Shown: positions 18,666 through 28,797 of the stretch, one piece after another
Position numbering within the stretch: position 1 is the first letter of the stretch
How the letters are laid out: each line of letters opens with the position of its first letter
Assembly: GCA_048270185.1 (NCBI GenBank)
Contig: JBLWTJ010000001.1
Location: forward strand, 928,001 to 992,000
Source of the DNA: Bacteriovoracaceae bacterium
Lineage (GTDB): Bacteria; Bdellovibrionota; Bacteriovoracia; Bacteriovoracales; Bacteriovoracaceae
Length of the DNA stretch: 64,000 bases
Direction of reading: 5' to 3'
Translations under genes and position numbers: made by a program
The notes under the pieces: generated by a model
Told to the model about the DNA's origin: nothing
Database searches by the model: none
What the model saw: only the letters and a program-made list of their open reading frames with translations

Positions 18666-19673
18666 ATGCAAAATATTAAACGTAATTACTTTTCACTAAG
18701 CCTTGTTTCAATCCTATTTGTCACTCTCCTATTCGGCGCTGTGATCAGTGAGTTTTTTCAGGCCCCAGTAATTACATCAAAGGAATTATCAAACCTTCAA
18801 TTTCTTTTTACTAGTGATCAAATTGATAAGGTTGATAATATCTCCCTGCAGTCAAACCTGGGTCGCTTTAGTCTTGCAAAGAATAAGAACCAGTGGATTA
18901 TCACAAAGCCTAGACGTATTAACGCCAACGAAACTGTCATTACAAAACTTCTTGATTCACTAAAGAATGTAAAAATTAAAAAGATCTTCCCGAAAGATCC
19001 AATTAACTTATCGAACTTCTCTCTTGATAACCCGACTTCAACAATTACTCTAAAGGGTGAATCAGGTGGAGATGAAACGATCTCATTTGGTCTAATCAAT
19101 CCTATTGATAATTCAACATATGTTGTTAGTGATAAAGACAATGCTATCTATCACGTTAATGCTGTTAAGTTTTCACTTGAAAAAATTGATTTACCATCAC
19201 TCATCGACTCACGAGTCTTCAGTTACGCCCCTAGTGATATTCGTGCCGTGACAGTTATCAATTCAGGTAAAGTTCGTTTTGAGTTTAGTCGCAATAATAA
19301 CGATATTTGGGTGTCTGGAAACAAGGCCCTTGATGATGAGTCAGTCCAAGACTTCTTAGTAAAGCTTACAAGCTTTAAATCAAATTCAATTCTTGATAAG
19401 AGAACAGAAGATATGGATAAGGCCATTGATCGCTACCTAGCAAAGCCTTATTTTAAAATCATTGTTAAGATTAAAACTGGTGAAGATATTGAGTACGATC
19501 TTTCATGGGTTTTAAATTCACTACCTGATTTAAATATTGAAAAGAAAGAAAACTTCATTATTCGAGCATCTAATAGAGAGCACCCGTTCCTTGTTAGTAA
19601 GGAGTATATGAGTATTCTCTATAAACGTCTAAATTCTTTTAGGCCGAGTCCTCTTAATAATATTATTTACTAG
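18666..19673 (+). CDS. DUF4340 domain-containing membrane-anchored protein
   Basis: N-terminal TM; W.ITKP...AN...LL..L, F.LDNP, FG..NP..STYV repeat architecture. Confidence 0.7.
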   Translation: MQNIKRNYFSLSLVSILFVTLLFGAVISEFFQAPVITSKELSNLQFLFTSDQIDKVDNISLQSNLGRFSLAKNKNQWIITKPRRINANETVITKLLDSLKNVKIKKIFPKDPINLSNFSLDNPTSTITLKGESGGDETISFGLINPIDNSTYVVSDKDNAIYHVNAVKFSLEKIDLPSLIDSRVFSYAPSDIRAVTVINSGKVRFEFSRNNNDIWVSGNKALDDESVQDFLVKLTSFKSNSILDKRTEDMDKAIDRYLAKPYFKIIVKIKTGEDIEYDLSWVLNSLPDLNIEKKENFIIRASNREHPFLVSKEYMSILYKRLNSFRPSPLNNIIY

Positions 19674-20578
19674 GCGACGAGCTTACTTAGAATCTTTGAT
19701 GCTTCACCTTCAACTTCATCAATAACATGTTGAATGGCCTTACCAATTCGATGGTGCTTGATTGGAAATTTAGCGAAAGGTACAAAGATAAAGTAGGTCT
19801 CACCCTTACATGACTCAAGAGCGTTTAAGTCTTTGAAGATATTCTCATCGAAATCAATCTTAATACTCTTAGACTTGGTATTAGAAATAACTTCATCTAA
19901 TTCTTCATAGGTCTTTCCATTAGCACTGAGGAGCCCCCCTACCTCAGCACTAAGAGAAATTTGATCGGCCTGGGAAAGGCTTAAGAAGTTCTTGTGTCCC
20001 TCAATTGATACAAGGATTCCCTTGCGACTCAATTGCACAATCTGTCCATCGACCGGCTTTAATATTGAATTCCAAAATGAAAACTTTGCTTTTAAATTTG
20101 TATTCATTCTAAAGTCACGATGACTAAGAGAAAGATTAGTTAGAAGACGATCATAGACAAATAATTTGTAAATATCGTAATCAACCCATCTCATCGAATG
20201 CAGGTGCATGAAAGGTCCTGCTTTATGCTTTAAAGATATAAGAGTTTGTTTATTTACATCAAACCAAAGATGCTTAAGTCTTGGATCAATATAGAAGTTA
20301 TAAAGATCATAGAGAGTGGTCTCCATCTCACCTTTCTTATTAACAAGCCAAACTGGAATCTCTTTAAAAGATTCAAGTTCTTGCTTAACTTCTTCAACAC
20401 TCATTGAAGAATCCCCAGCGATATGGCGATCTTTCATTGCTTGAATAAGCTTTGACCAATTTGACCAGTGAAGACTATAAGGTCCTTCATCAAATAATTG
20501 AATTGATTCAAAAAGTTTCGGGTCTGCAATGTAATCTTCTAAATTCTTTAGAGCACTCATGGCCTTCTCTCTTGTCAA
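19670..20578 (-). CDS. Hypothetical protein, possible degenerate PilZ domain
   Basis: HRDFR...QLSRKG resembles RxxxR...D/NxSxxG; start uncertain (TTG 20578 or ATG 20560). Confidence 0.45.
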   Translation of the reverse strand: MTREKAMSALKNLEDYIADPKLFESIQLFDEGPYSLHWSNWSKLIQAMKDRHIAGDSSMSVEEVKQELESFKEIPVWLVNKKGEMETTLYDLYNFYIDPRLKHLWFDVNKQTLISLKHKAGPFMHLHSMRWVDYDIYKLFVYDRLLTNLSLSHRDFRMNTNLKAKFSFWNSILKPVDGQIVQLSRKGILVSIEGHKNFLSLSQADQISLSAEVGGLLSANGKTYEELDEVISNTKSKSIKIDFDENIFKDLNALESCKGETYFIFVPFAKFPIKHHRIGKAIQHVIDEVEGEASKILSKLVA

Positions 20579-20784
20579 AATTTCTTCAACTTGTGTTGTA
20601 TCTATCCACTATAGCAACATGGTTAAGAAACACGAGGCAAAGCTGGTGCAAGTGTTTAGTTACTAATAAAATTGGATACTTAAGTCATAAACAAGGGCTT
20701 TTTCCAAGAATGTGTTCAATTGAGAAAAATTGCCTATTTTCGTTGGTGTTTAGTGATTTTAAACCCTTAGGGTATAATTACTCT

Positions 20785-21795
20785 ATGAACGCGACTGATA
20801 TCTTTAGAAAGTCACATTTGGCCTTGAATTTAACTCCCTTTACGATCAGGGAGCTCTTTAATATTCCAACGACCCCTTGTGATGTATATATCTTTAAAGA
20901 TGGAAAGTTTCAGCATAGCCTCTATCGTGGCACATACGTTGCTAATGACACTCTTAAAGAAATGATCGAAGATGGGCATACGATTGTCTTTGCAAGCCAT
21001 GCTCAAAGAGTGGAGCTAAAGGAATTACAACAAGAAATTCTACGCCAAACAACGCGCTCTTTTTCAATGGGAGACTCTTACCAAAACTGTAAGGATCAGC
21101 TCAACCTCATTACCATTAACATGCGCTATCTCTTTGAGGACCCTACTGATGATAATACAATTAATCTTCAGTATCAGAGCTTAAAAGTCCTGGCCAATTA
21201 CCTCATTCAAAACCCAAAGAAGCACGAGGCCTTATATCGTTATTTCTCAAGTCAGGGCCATCACTATATTTTTGCTCAACCCATGCTTTCGTCAATTTTT
21301 TTAGTGGGTATTTTAAAGACTTCTCAGCTCTACAATAATAAAGATATCGAGAATTTCTTTATCACAAGTTACTTTAAAGATATTGGGATGTCGGCCATTC
21401 CTATTGAAAAATACGACAAGCAAAACTTATCGGAAATGGATAAGACTCTCCTTGCAAAACACCCTGTGATTTCTTCTCGCATTCTACAAGGTCGAATTCA
21501 ATTAAGCCCTGCTCATATGAAGGTCATTGAAAATCATCACACGTTCAGTATTCTAGATAAGTACGATACTGAGGGGCAGTACTCAAAGAATTTAACTGTT
21601 GTTGGATTTGAAACCATCATGGTGAATATTTGTGACATCGTTGCGGCCATGATCTCTCCTCGCCCTTATAGAGAGGCTTTAACCATCTTTGATGCTTTAG
21701 AAAAAGTACGAACACATATCGGAAAAGATTATCCTCACGAGTTTAAAATCATCATTAACTACTTCCGCAATTTCTTTACAACTTCAGTCAAGTAA
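20785..21795 (+). CDS. HD-GYP-like protein (degenerate HD motif)
   Basis: FKDIG in place of HDIG, KHP..S, HH, CDIVAAMISPRPYR; start moved to ATG 20785. Confidence 0.75.
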   Translation: MNATDIFRKSHLALNLTPFTIRELFNIPTTPCDVYIFKDGKFQHSLYRGTYVANDTLKEMIEDGHTIVFASHAQRVELKELQQEILRQTTRSFSMGDSYQNCKDQLNLITINMRYLFEDPTDDNTINLQYQSLKVLANYLIQNPKKHEALYRYFSSQGHHYIFAQPMLSSIFLVGILKTSQLYNNKDIENFFITSYFKDIGMSAIPIEKYDKQNLSEMDKTLLAKHPVISSRILQGRIQLSPAHMKVIENHHTFSILDKYDTEGQYSKNLTVVGFETIMVNICDIVAAMISPRPYREALTIFDALEKVRTHIGKDYPHEFKIIINYFRNFFTTSVK

Positions 21796-21914
21796 AAAAA
21801 ACTTTTCATAACGTTTTAAATATTTCACAATTAAATGAGACCAAGGACTAAGGTTAATATATTTTTAATTACATATATTTAAATTCAACAATTGCCAGAT
21901 TCTAGGGAGGGAAC

Positions 21915-22130
21915 ATGGCCAACGAAGTAAGCCCGGTAACGGGAATTATTGCAGAAGAAAATGTCTTTATCGATTTTGGAGAACACGAGGGCAAATCAGT
22001 CCTTGAGGTCCAAGACACTTTGCCAGATTATTACGATTATCTGATTAACAAAAGAGAAGAAGGAATTTGCACTATTCGTCGCAACCAAGATAAGTCCTTC
22101 AGACTCTACGTCTCAAACACATTACAATAA
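21915..22130 (+). CDS. Small hypothetical protein (FG.H.GK motif)
   Basis: Strong SD GGGAGGG, own terminator; IDFGEHEGKSVLEV..PDYYDYL. Confidence 0.65.
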   Translation: MANEVSPVTGIIAEENVFIDFGEHEGKSVLEVQDTLPDYYDYLINKREEGICTIRRNQDKSFRLYVSNTLQ

Positions 22131-22140
22131 GTTACAGCGC

Positions 22141-22167
22141 AGGGCGGCTCAAAAACCGCCCTTTTTT
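22141..22167 (+). terminator. Intrinsic terminator
   Basis: agggcgg-ctcaaaaa-ccgccct followed by T-run. Confidence 0.8.
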
Positions 22168-22240
22168 AACGAAATCTTAATAAACACCCTATTATCGATA
22201 TGCTAAATTTCCTAAGTAACACATATTTAGGAGACAACAC

Positions 22241-23239
22241 ATGTTCAAGAAACTACTAGTACTAATTTGTGCCATATTTACGGCCCAAGGTGCTATGGCC
22301 ATCAAAATCAATGCGGCCGGAGCTTCATTTCCATATGCCATTTACTCAAAATGGTTTTCAGAATACTCAAAACTACACCCAGAAATTCAATTCAACTATC
22401 AGCCAATTGGATCAGGTGGTGGTATTCGCCAACTAATAAAAGAAACAGTTGATTTTGGTGCTTCCGATGCACCAATGAAAGATAAAGATAAGAAGAAAGC
22501 AAAGTGGCCAGTACTTCACGTACCAATGGTACTAGGAGCAGTTGCTATTGCTTACAACCACCCAGGTGTTCCTGATGAGTTAAAGCTTGATGGTGCCGCA
22601 CTCGCTGATATCTACCTTGGTAAGATCACAAAGTGGAATGCACCACAAATTGCTAAACTTAACCCAGGTGTGACTCTTCCAGGAGACGATATTCTTGTTG
22701 TTAGAAGAGCTGATGGATCAGGGACAACGAAGAACTTTGCTGACTTCTTAGTTGATGTAAGTAGCGAGTGGAAGCAAAGAGTTGGTACAGGTAAGTCACT
22801 TAGATGGCCGACAGGTATTGGTGCAAAGGGTAACGACGGAGTTACTTCCATTGTAAGCAATACAAAAGGTGCCATCACTTATATGGACCTTGCACACGCA
22901 AGAAAGAATAGTATCAAAACTGTAGCTCTTAAGAATAAATCAGGTGAATTTATCAATCCAACAGTTGAAGCTGTTTCAAAATCTGCCGAGAACTTTAAGA
23001 CAAATGGCAAGGAATTAACTGGCTCCCTCATCAATGGACCAAGTAAAGGCGCCTATCCAATTAGTGCCCTAACTTACATCCTTCTACCAATGGTTGAAAA
23101 AGATAAAAAACGTGAAGAAATTTACAAATTTGTTGAATGGGCCATCAGTACTGGTCAAGATTATGCAAAAGAGCTGTATTATGCTCCACTTCCAAAGAGC
23201 CTTTCCAAAAAAGTTCTAACTAGTGTAAAATCTCTTTAA
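22241..23239 (+). CDS. pstS: Phosphate ABC transporter substrate-binding protein
   Basis: AGASFP, YQPIGSGGG, DFGASD, RRADGSGTT, GAKGNDGV. Confidence 0.95.
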   Translation: MFKKLLVLICAIFTAQGAMAIKINAAGASFPYAIYSKWFSEYSKLHPEIQFNYQPIGSGGGIRQLIKETVDFGASDAPMKDKDKKKAKWPVLHVPMVLGAVAIAYNHPGVPDELKLDGAALADIYLGKITKWNAPQIAKLNPGVTLPGDDILVVRRADGSGTTKNFADFLVDVSSEWKQRVGTGKSLRWPTGIGAKGNDGVTSIVSNTKGAITYMDLAHARKNSIKTVALKNKSGEFINPTVEAVSKSAENFKTNGKELTGSLINGPSKGAYPISALTYILLPMVEKDKKREEIYKFVEWAISTGQDYAKELYYAPLPKSLSKKVLTSVKSL

Positions 23240-24174
23240 TGAATTTACTTAAAAACTTAAGGTCACCTTCAGTCCAAGACAAGGTGGCCTATACTACCCT
23301 ACGATTCTTTTCACTCATCGTTATCATTCTACTAGCTCTAATGATTGGCCAACTATTCTTTGCCAGTCGTGAAGCCTTTAGCGAATTTGGATTTAGTTTC
23401 ATCACTGATGATTTCTGGAATCCAATCGATGATGAATTTGGTGCCCTTCCATTTATCTTCGGAACTGTTGTAACAAGTATTCTTGCACTTCTGATGGCAG
23501 GCCCAGTTAGTATTTCAGTAGCACTCTTTATTACGGAGTATCTACCAAAGGGTATATCAAATATCCTTGGAACTTTCGTTGAGTTAATTGCAGCTGTTCC
23601 AAGTATTATCTTTGGCCTATGGGGCCTTTATTATCTTGCTCCATTTGTAAAAAACTCAGTAAGTCCACCCCTAAAGTCGGCCTTTGGCTTCATGCCTCTG
23701 TTTCAAGGTCCAAGCTTTGGAATTGGAATTCTTACGGCCTCAATTATTTTGGCCATAATGATTATTCCAACGATCTCCTCTGTTGCAAGAGAAGTCTTTA
23801 AGTCAGTTAGCATTCTTCACAAAGAAGCAGCACTTGGCCTTGGAGCAACTAAATTTGAAATGATTAAGATTGCAGTATTAAGGCCTAGTTTTTCAGGGAT
23901 AGTTGGGGCCCTTGTTCTAGGACTTGGACGAGCTCTTGGCGAAACGATGGCCGTTGCCATGGTTATTGGAAATACCCCACAAATATCAAAATCAATTTTT
24001 GCACCAGCATCAACAATGGCCTCAGTGATGGCCAATGAATATGCAGAAGCGGAAAGTGATCTTCACTTATCTGCTCTATGTCTTGTGGGCCTACTACTCT
24101 TCGTAGTTACTTTCGTTATTAATTTAATGGCAAGAACAATTGTCTGGAATCAAACGAAGGGGGCCAAGAAATGA
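23239..24174 (+). CDS. pstC: Phosphate ABC transporter permease
   Basis: ELIAAVPSIIFGLWG, GLGRALGETMAV; operon position. Confidence 0.95.
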   Translation: MNLLKNLRSPSVQDKVAYTTLRFFSLIVIILLALMIGQLFFASREAFSEFGFSFITDDFWNPIDDEFGALPFIFGTVVTSILALLMAGPVSISVALFITEYLPKGISNILGTFVELIAAVPSIIFGLWGLYYLAPFVKNSVSPPLKSAFGFMPLFQGPSFGIGILTASIILAIMIIPTISSVAREVFKSVSILHKEAALGLGATKFEMIKIAVLRPSFSGIVGALVLGLGRALGETMAVAMVIGNTPQISKSIFAPASTMASVMANEYAEAESDLHLSALCLVGLLLFVVTFVINLMARTIVWNQTKGAKK

Positions 24175-25031
24175 GTCTATCTACTTCAAGAAGAGCGAAG
24201 AACTTTATCTTTAAGTCACTATTAGTACTAAGCGCCCTACTCGTTATTCTGCCACTCGTTTTAGTTTTTATCTTTTTAATGCAAAAAGGTTCAAGTTCAT
24301 TGAGCTTAGAATTTTTCTTAAATGATCCCAAACCAGTTGGCGAAGTTGGTGGTGGAATGAGACATGCTATTGTCGGAACTCTAATGATGGTTTCCCTAGG
24401 CTCTCTTATTGCAGTACCTGTTGGGACTCTTTGTGGCGTTTACTTAAGTGAATTTGGAAAAGGAAAGATTGCAACTTTTCTAAGATTTACAATTGATCTT
24501 TTAACAGGGGTTCCTTCAATCGTTGTCGGTATCTTTTCTTATCTGATCTTTGTTGTAAGTTTTAAATCCTTCTCTGCTCTTGCAGGAGCCTTTGCACTTA
24601 GTATTATTATCCTTCCAATTGTCACAAGAACAACAGAAGAAATTTTAAAACTTATACCACGCCATGTGCGTGAAGCAGGCCTTGCTCTTGGACTTCCAAG
24701 ATGGCGAGTCATCTACAATATTATCCTAAAAGGTTCACGTAGCTCTCTAACAACAGGAGTTATCCTTGCGGTTTCAAGAGCAGCAGGTGAAACAGCACCT
24801 CTACTCTTTACGGCCTTTGGAAGTATGTATCTAAGCTATAGTGTTACAGGACCAATGGCATCACTTCCTGTTCAAATTTATAATTATGCCATTAGCCCTT
24901 ATAAAGATTGGCAACAACAAGCCTGGGCAGGCTCTTTTACACTTATTATCATCGTTCTAGGACTAAACCTAAGTGCGAAATTCTTTTTTAATACAAAAGC
25001 AATTAAGAAATTCTTTGTGAGGAAATCATAA
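24171..25031 (+). CDS. pstA: Phosphate ABC transporter permease
   Basis: GVPSIVVG, RAAGETAPLL, AWAG. Confidence 0.95.
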   Translation: MSLSTSRRAKNFIFKSLLVLSALLVILPLVLVFIFLMQKGSSSLSLEFFLNDPKPVGEVGGGMRHAIVGTLMMVSLGSLIAVPVGTLCGVYLSEFGKGKIATFLRFTIDLLTGVPSIVVGIFSYLIFVVSFKSFSALAGAFALSIIILPIVTRTTEEILKLIPRHVREAGLALGLPRWRVIYNIILKGSRSSLTTGVILAVSRAAGETAPLLFTAFGSMYLSYSVTGPMASLPVQIYNYAISPYKDWQQQAWAGSFTLIIIVLGLNLSAKFFFNTKAIKKFFVRKS

Positions 25032-25807
25032 TGTCCATGACACAAGAAAATGACATCATCTTAGAAGTAAAAAATATTCAAGCCTGGTTTGGAGATTTCC
25101 ACGCCGTTAAAGGAATTGACTTAAATTATCATAAGAATACAGTAAACGCGATTATTGGACCTTCTGGTTGTGGTAAGTCCACTTATATTAGAACACTTAA
25201 TCGTATCCACGAAGAAGTGGCCGGAGCGCGTGTTTCAGGTCAGGTACTACTATCAGGAAATGATATCTATGCACCAGATGCTGATCCTGTTGAGATCAGA
25301 CGCTCGATTGGAATGGTTTTTCAAAAACCAAACCCATTTGCGGCCATGAGTATCTATGACAATGTTGTTATTGGCCCAAGACTTTGGGGAAAGAAGAAAA
25401 AGAGTGAACTCGATGAGATTGCATATAATTGTCTTTCAAAAGCGGCCCTATGGAACGAAGTAAAGGATAAGCTTCACCAAGAAGGGACATCTCTTTCAGG
25501 TGGACAACAACAAAGACTTTGTATTGCCAGAACATTAGCAACAAATCCACCTATTGTACTTATGGATGAGCCAACTTCAGCTCTCGATCCTATTGCGACA
25601 GGAAAAATTGAAGAGCTTATGAGTGAGCTTAAGAAAGACTATACGGTTATTGTTGTTACACATAATATGCAACAAGCAGCTCGTATTGCCGATTACACGA
25701 GCTTCTTTATTCTAGGTGAAATGATTGAGCACGGCCTAAGTAGTGACGTGTTTACGAATCCAAAAGAAAAGAAAACTGAAGATTATATCACTGGCCGTTT
25801 CGGTTAA
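25031..25807 (+). CDS. pstB: Phosphate ABC transporter ATPase
   Basis: GPSGCGKST, VFQKPNPF, LSGGQQQRLCIAR, DEPTSALDP, YITGRFG. Confidence 0.97.
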   Translation: MSMTQENDIILEVKNIQAWFGDFHAVKGIDLNYHKNTVNAIIGPSGCGKSTYIRTLNRIHEEVAGARVSGQVLLSGNDIYAPDADPVEIRRSIGMVFQKPNPFAAMSIYDNVVIGPRLWGKKKKSELDEIAYNCLSKAALWNEVKDKLHQEGTSLSGGQQQRLCIARTLATNPPIVLMDEPTSALDPIATGKIEELMSELKKDYTVIVVTHNMQQAARIADYTSFFILGEMIEHGLSSDVFTNPKEKKTEDYITGRFG

Positions 25808-25817
25808 GGAGAATTCA

Positions 25818-26432
25818 ATGGAATTAACTGTTGAAAGACTAAGAAAAGATATTACAGAAATGGCAGCAGTCGTTGAGAAAATTCTATATGTTGCTGTTGA
25901 TGAAAAATCGCAAATAGAGGACCTCTACAAGCTAGAGCATGAAATTAATGAATTTCATAAATTAGTTGATGATCACGTCTTTAAATTTATAGCTCTTAAA
26001 TCCCCTACTGCAATTGATCTTCGAACGGCCCTCGCTATTATGAAAATTAATTCAGAGTTAGAACGACTTGGAGATGAGGCCGTTAATCTTAAGCGCTATC
26101 TCATGAGAATAACAAATCAAGAAAAGCACTGCAGTATTATTCAAGCTGAAGTTTTTGAAATGGTTAGAAAATCTCTAATTGCATTTGCTTCAAATAATAT
26201 TCAAATGGCCACTGATGTTATCAAGGCCGACCAAGAGGTTAACTCTCTTCACCGCGACCTTGTTAAGAAGTTTTATCAATTATTAAAAGAAGGAAAGGCC
26301 GAAGTCGATGAAGGCTTTGCCGTCATTCGTGTTTCAAAAATATTTGAACGTTGTGGAGACCACGCAACAAATATTTGTGAAGACATTATCTTCCTTGAAT
26401 CAGGAAAAGACGTAAGACACACAGAAGATTAA
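25818..26432 (+). CDS. phoU: Phosphate signalling protein PhoU
   Basis: P.A.DLR, ELERLGDEA, ERCGDHATNICE, GKDVRH; ATG 25818 after AAGGAG. Confidence 0.9.
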   Translation: MELTVERLRKDITEMAAVVEKILYVAVDEKSQIEDLYKLEHEINEFHKLVDDHVFKFIALKSPTAIDLRTALAIMKINSELERLGDEAVNLKRYLMRITNQEKHCSIIQAEVFEMVRKSLIAFASNNIQMATDVIKADQEVNSLHRDLVKKFYQLLKEGKAEVDEGFAVIRVSKIFERCGDHATNICEDIIFLESGKDVRHTED

Positions 26433-26438
26433 AAGTAT

Positions 26439-27128
26439 ATGAAGGCCCTAATCGTTGAAGACGAACAAGCAATTGCCAAGCTCATAGGTGTTAACCTAAA
26501 AAGCCTCGGAATTGAATTTGATATAGCTAATACAGGTAACGATGCCATCAAGAGCATTGATTCAAATCATTACAATCTCTTCATTCTCGATCGCATGCTG
26601 CCGGACTTTAACGGTGTCGAAATTTGTCAGTATATAAGAAAAACAAAGAGCATAGCCGATGCAGGTATTCTCTTTGTGACTGCAATGACTTCGAGCGAGT
26701 CAATTATTGAAGGGCTTGACGCAGGAGCTGACGACTATATTACTAAACCTTTTGATATAGGTGTTTTAAAGGCACGAATTAGCAGCCTTACACGTCGAGT
26801 TCAAATCGAATCGAGTAAGAGTGATGATAGTCATATCTTTAAGCATCTTGGAATTGAAGTTGATACAAATAGCGTATCAACCAAGGCCCATGGTGAGGAA
26901 GTTAAATTAACTCTATCAGAATTTAATATTCTATCAGTTCTCATTTCCTCTCCAGGCAAGGTCTATACAAGAAAGCAAATTGTTGACTTAATTAAAGGTG
27001 AAAATATCTACGTAACAGATCGTACTGTGGACACACATGTCTTTGCACTAAGAAAGAAACTTGGAGATTGTGCTAGTGTCATCGAAACTGTACGCGGAAT
27101 TGGTTATCGAGTACAAAGTGAAGAGTAA
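26439..27128 (+). CDS. phoB: OmpR/PhoB family response regulator
   Basis: VEDE, LDRMLP, GADDYITKPF, winged helix RTVDTHV..LRKKL, ETVRGIGY; located in the pst operon. Confidence 0.8.
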   Translation: MKALIVEDEQAIAKLIGVNLKSLGIEFDIANTGNDAIKSIDSNHYNLFILDRMLPDFNGVEICQYIRKTKSIADAGILFVTAMTSSESIIEGLDAGADDYITKPFDIGVLKARISSLTRRVQIESSKSDDSHIFKHLGIEVDTNSVSTKAHGEEVKLTLSEFNILSVLISSPGKVYTRKQIVDLIKGENIYVTDRTVDTHVFALRKKLGDCASVIETVRGIGYRVQSEE

Positions 27129-28797
27129 CTTTTTTAATTTTCTAAAAATTAAATTTCTAAATGATATTATCTTCTATCAGACTATTATCTTTTGTGTCTC
27201 TTTATTAACACTTGGAATCTTTTTCATATTCAACTTTAAAGATAACTTTATCAAATCGATTGTTGATCAAGAAATTCTAACTCTTCGCCAAGAAGGTGTG
27301 GCAAAGATGTGCAAGAATCGCACAAAGCGTAGCCAATTTATTATATTAAGTAATAACAGTACCACTCGATGTGCAGATGATAGCTTTAGCATCGAAGAAT
27401 TTAAAAATATTGGTATTAATGAATATAAGAGTGATGAACACTATATCTATAATCACCGAGTGATTCATTCAAAAGGGAAAAATTATACTCTCTTTTTAAA
27501 GGTTGAATCAGATGCTCTAAAACTTGTCTCATCTAAGGTATTCTCTAAACTTTTTATTTCAATGGGAATCTTGGGGCTACTATTTCTAACGGGGCAATTC
27601 TTTCTCTTCAAGCACTACTTCACTCCTCTTTATAATCTCTTCAATATATTCAAAATGGATGGAGTCATTAATACTGAGGATAGTCGTGATTATTGGGATT
27701 ATATCGAATCAAAATCATTAAAGAGTTTTAGTAAGCGAAGAAAACTACACCGAGAACTATTTAACACAAGACAGTACTATTCCGTCATTATTAACTCGAT
27801 CGATGACCCTCTTGCCGTAACTGATGCTAAGGGAAATATTATTTTCTGTAATAATTCTTTTAAGGACTCGTTTGCTTCTTTTAATGGCCACTACAATAAG
27901 ATTAATCTCATCAATATTATACGCGACTATGACTTTATCAATTTAATTAAAACGAATGGCTACACCCCTACACGTATTCACAATTCTCAGATTAAATTAA
28001 CAAAGACAAATGGAAAGGCCCATTCATTTCAACTCAAAACGAGCTCAATTGACTCGAAGAAGAAGGAAAAGGAAATTTTATTCTTCTTCAGTGATATTAC
28101 GAAACTTCAAGATATGAATAATATGAGAAGGGACTTCTTTGAAAATGTTTCTCATGAAATTAAAACTCCTTTGACATCTATTAAGGGCTACTCTCAAACT
28201 CTTAGTGCAATTAATACAGATGTAGATCAAAAAGAAATTCTTGATATCATCACACAAAATGTTGACCGTCTAGATGAGTTAATTAATGGAATTCTCTCTC
28301 TTTCTAAAATCGAAAATGAAGGCCGCATCACAATTGAAGATATCGATTTCTCTGCCTTCATCAATGGGCTTATTAATGACCAACAAATCAAGCTTGATGC
28401 AAAGAATATGAGTATCGATACTTCGGCCATTAAAGTTGATACAGTGATGGCCAATGAGAGACTTCTCTACCACTGTCTTTCAAACCTTCTCTCAAATGCT
28501 ATAAAGTATTCACAAGAAAGGACTAAGATTACGATTAGCGGTGGAATATATAATAATGATGAAGTCTATATTTCCATTACTGACGAAGGTGTTGGGATTC
28601 CAAATGATAAGATCGCTCGTATCTTTGAGAGATTTTACCGCGTCGATCAATCAAGAAGTATTAATACAGGTGGTACAGGACTAGGGCTTGCTATTGCCAA
28701 ACATTCGGCCCAGAAAATGGGAGCACGTATTGAGGTCGATAGTGAAGTTAATAAGGGAACGACTTTTATCGTAATCTTTCCAAATAAGAAATCTTAG
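27118..28797 (+). CDS. phoR: PhoR-like sensor histidine kinase (2 TM, PAS, HisKA, HATPase)
   Basis: RRDFFENVSHEIKTPLT, NLLSNAIKY, DEGVGI, FERFYRVD.SRS, GGTGLGLAI; GTG 27118 likely start. Confidence 0.82.
   Translation: MKSNFFNFLKIKFLNDIIFYQTIIFCVSLLTLGIFFIFNFKDNFIKSIVDQEILTLRQEGVAKMCKNRTKRSQFIILSNNSTTRCADDSFSIEEFKNIGINEYKSDEHYIYNHRVIHSKGKNYTLFLKVESDALKLVSSKVFSKLFISMGILGLLFLTGQFFLFKHYFTPLYNLFNIFKMDGVINTEDSRDYWDYIESKSLKSFSKRRKLHRELFNTRQYYSVIINSIDDPLAVTDAKGNIIFCNNSFKDSFASFNGHYNKINLINIIRDYDFINLIKTNGYTPTRIHNSQIKLTKTNGKAHSFQLKTSSIDSKKKEKEILFFFSDITKLQDMNNMRRDFFENVSHEIKTPLTSIKGYSQTLSAINTDVDQKEILDIITQNVDRLDELINGILSLSKIENEGRITIEDIDFSAFINGLINDQQIKLDAKNMSIDTSAIKVDTVMANERLLYHCLSNLLSNAIKYSQERTKITISGGIYNNDEVYISITDEGVGIPNDKIARIFERFYRVDQSRSINTGGTGLGLAIAKHSAQKMGARIEVDSEVNKGTTFIVIFPNKKS

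Noticed and set aside
20452..20784. N-terminal 111 aa of the 447-aa ORF
   Set aside because: Overlaps the divergent gene and its promoter region; ATG 20785 after TATAAT is the better start.
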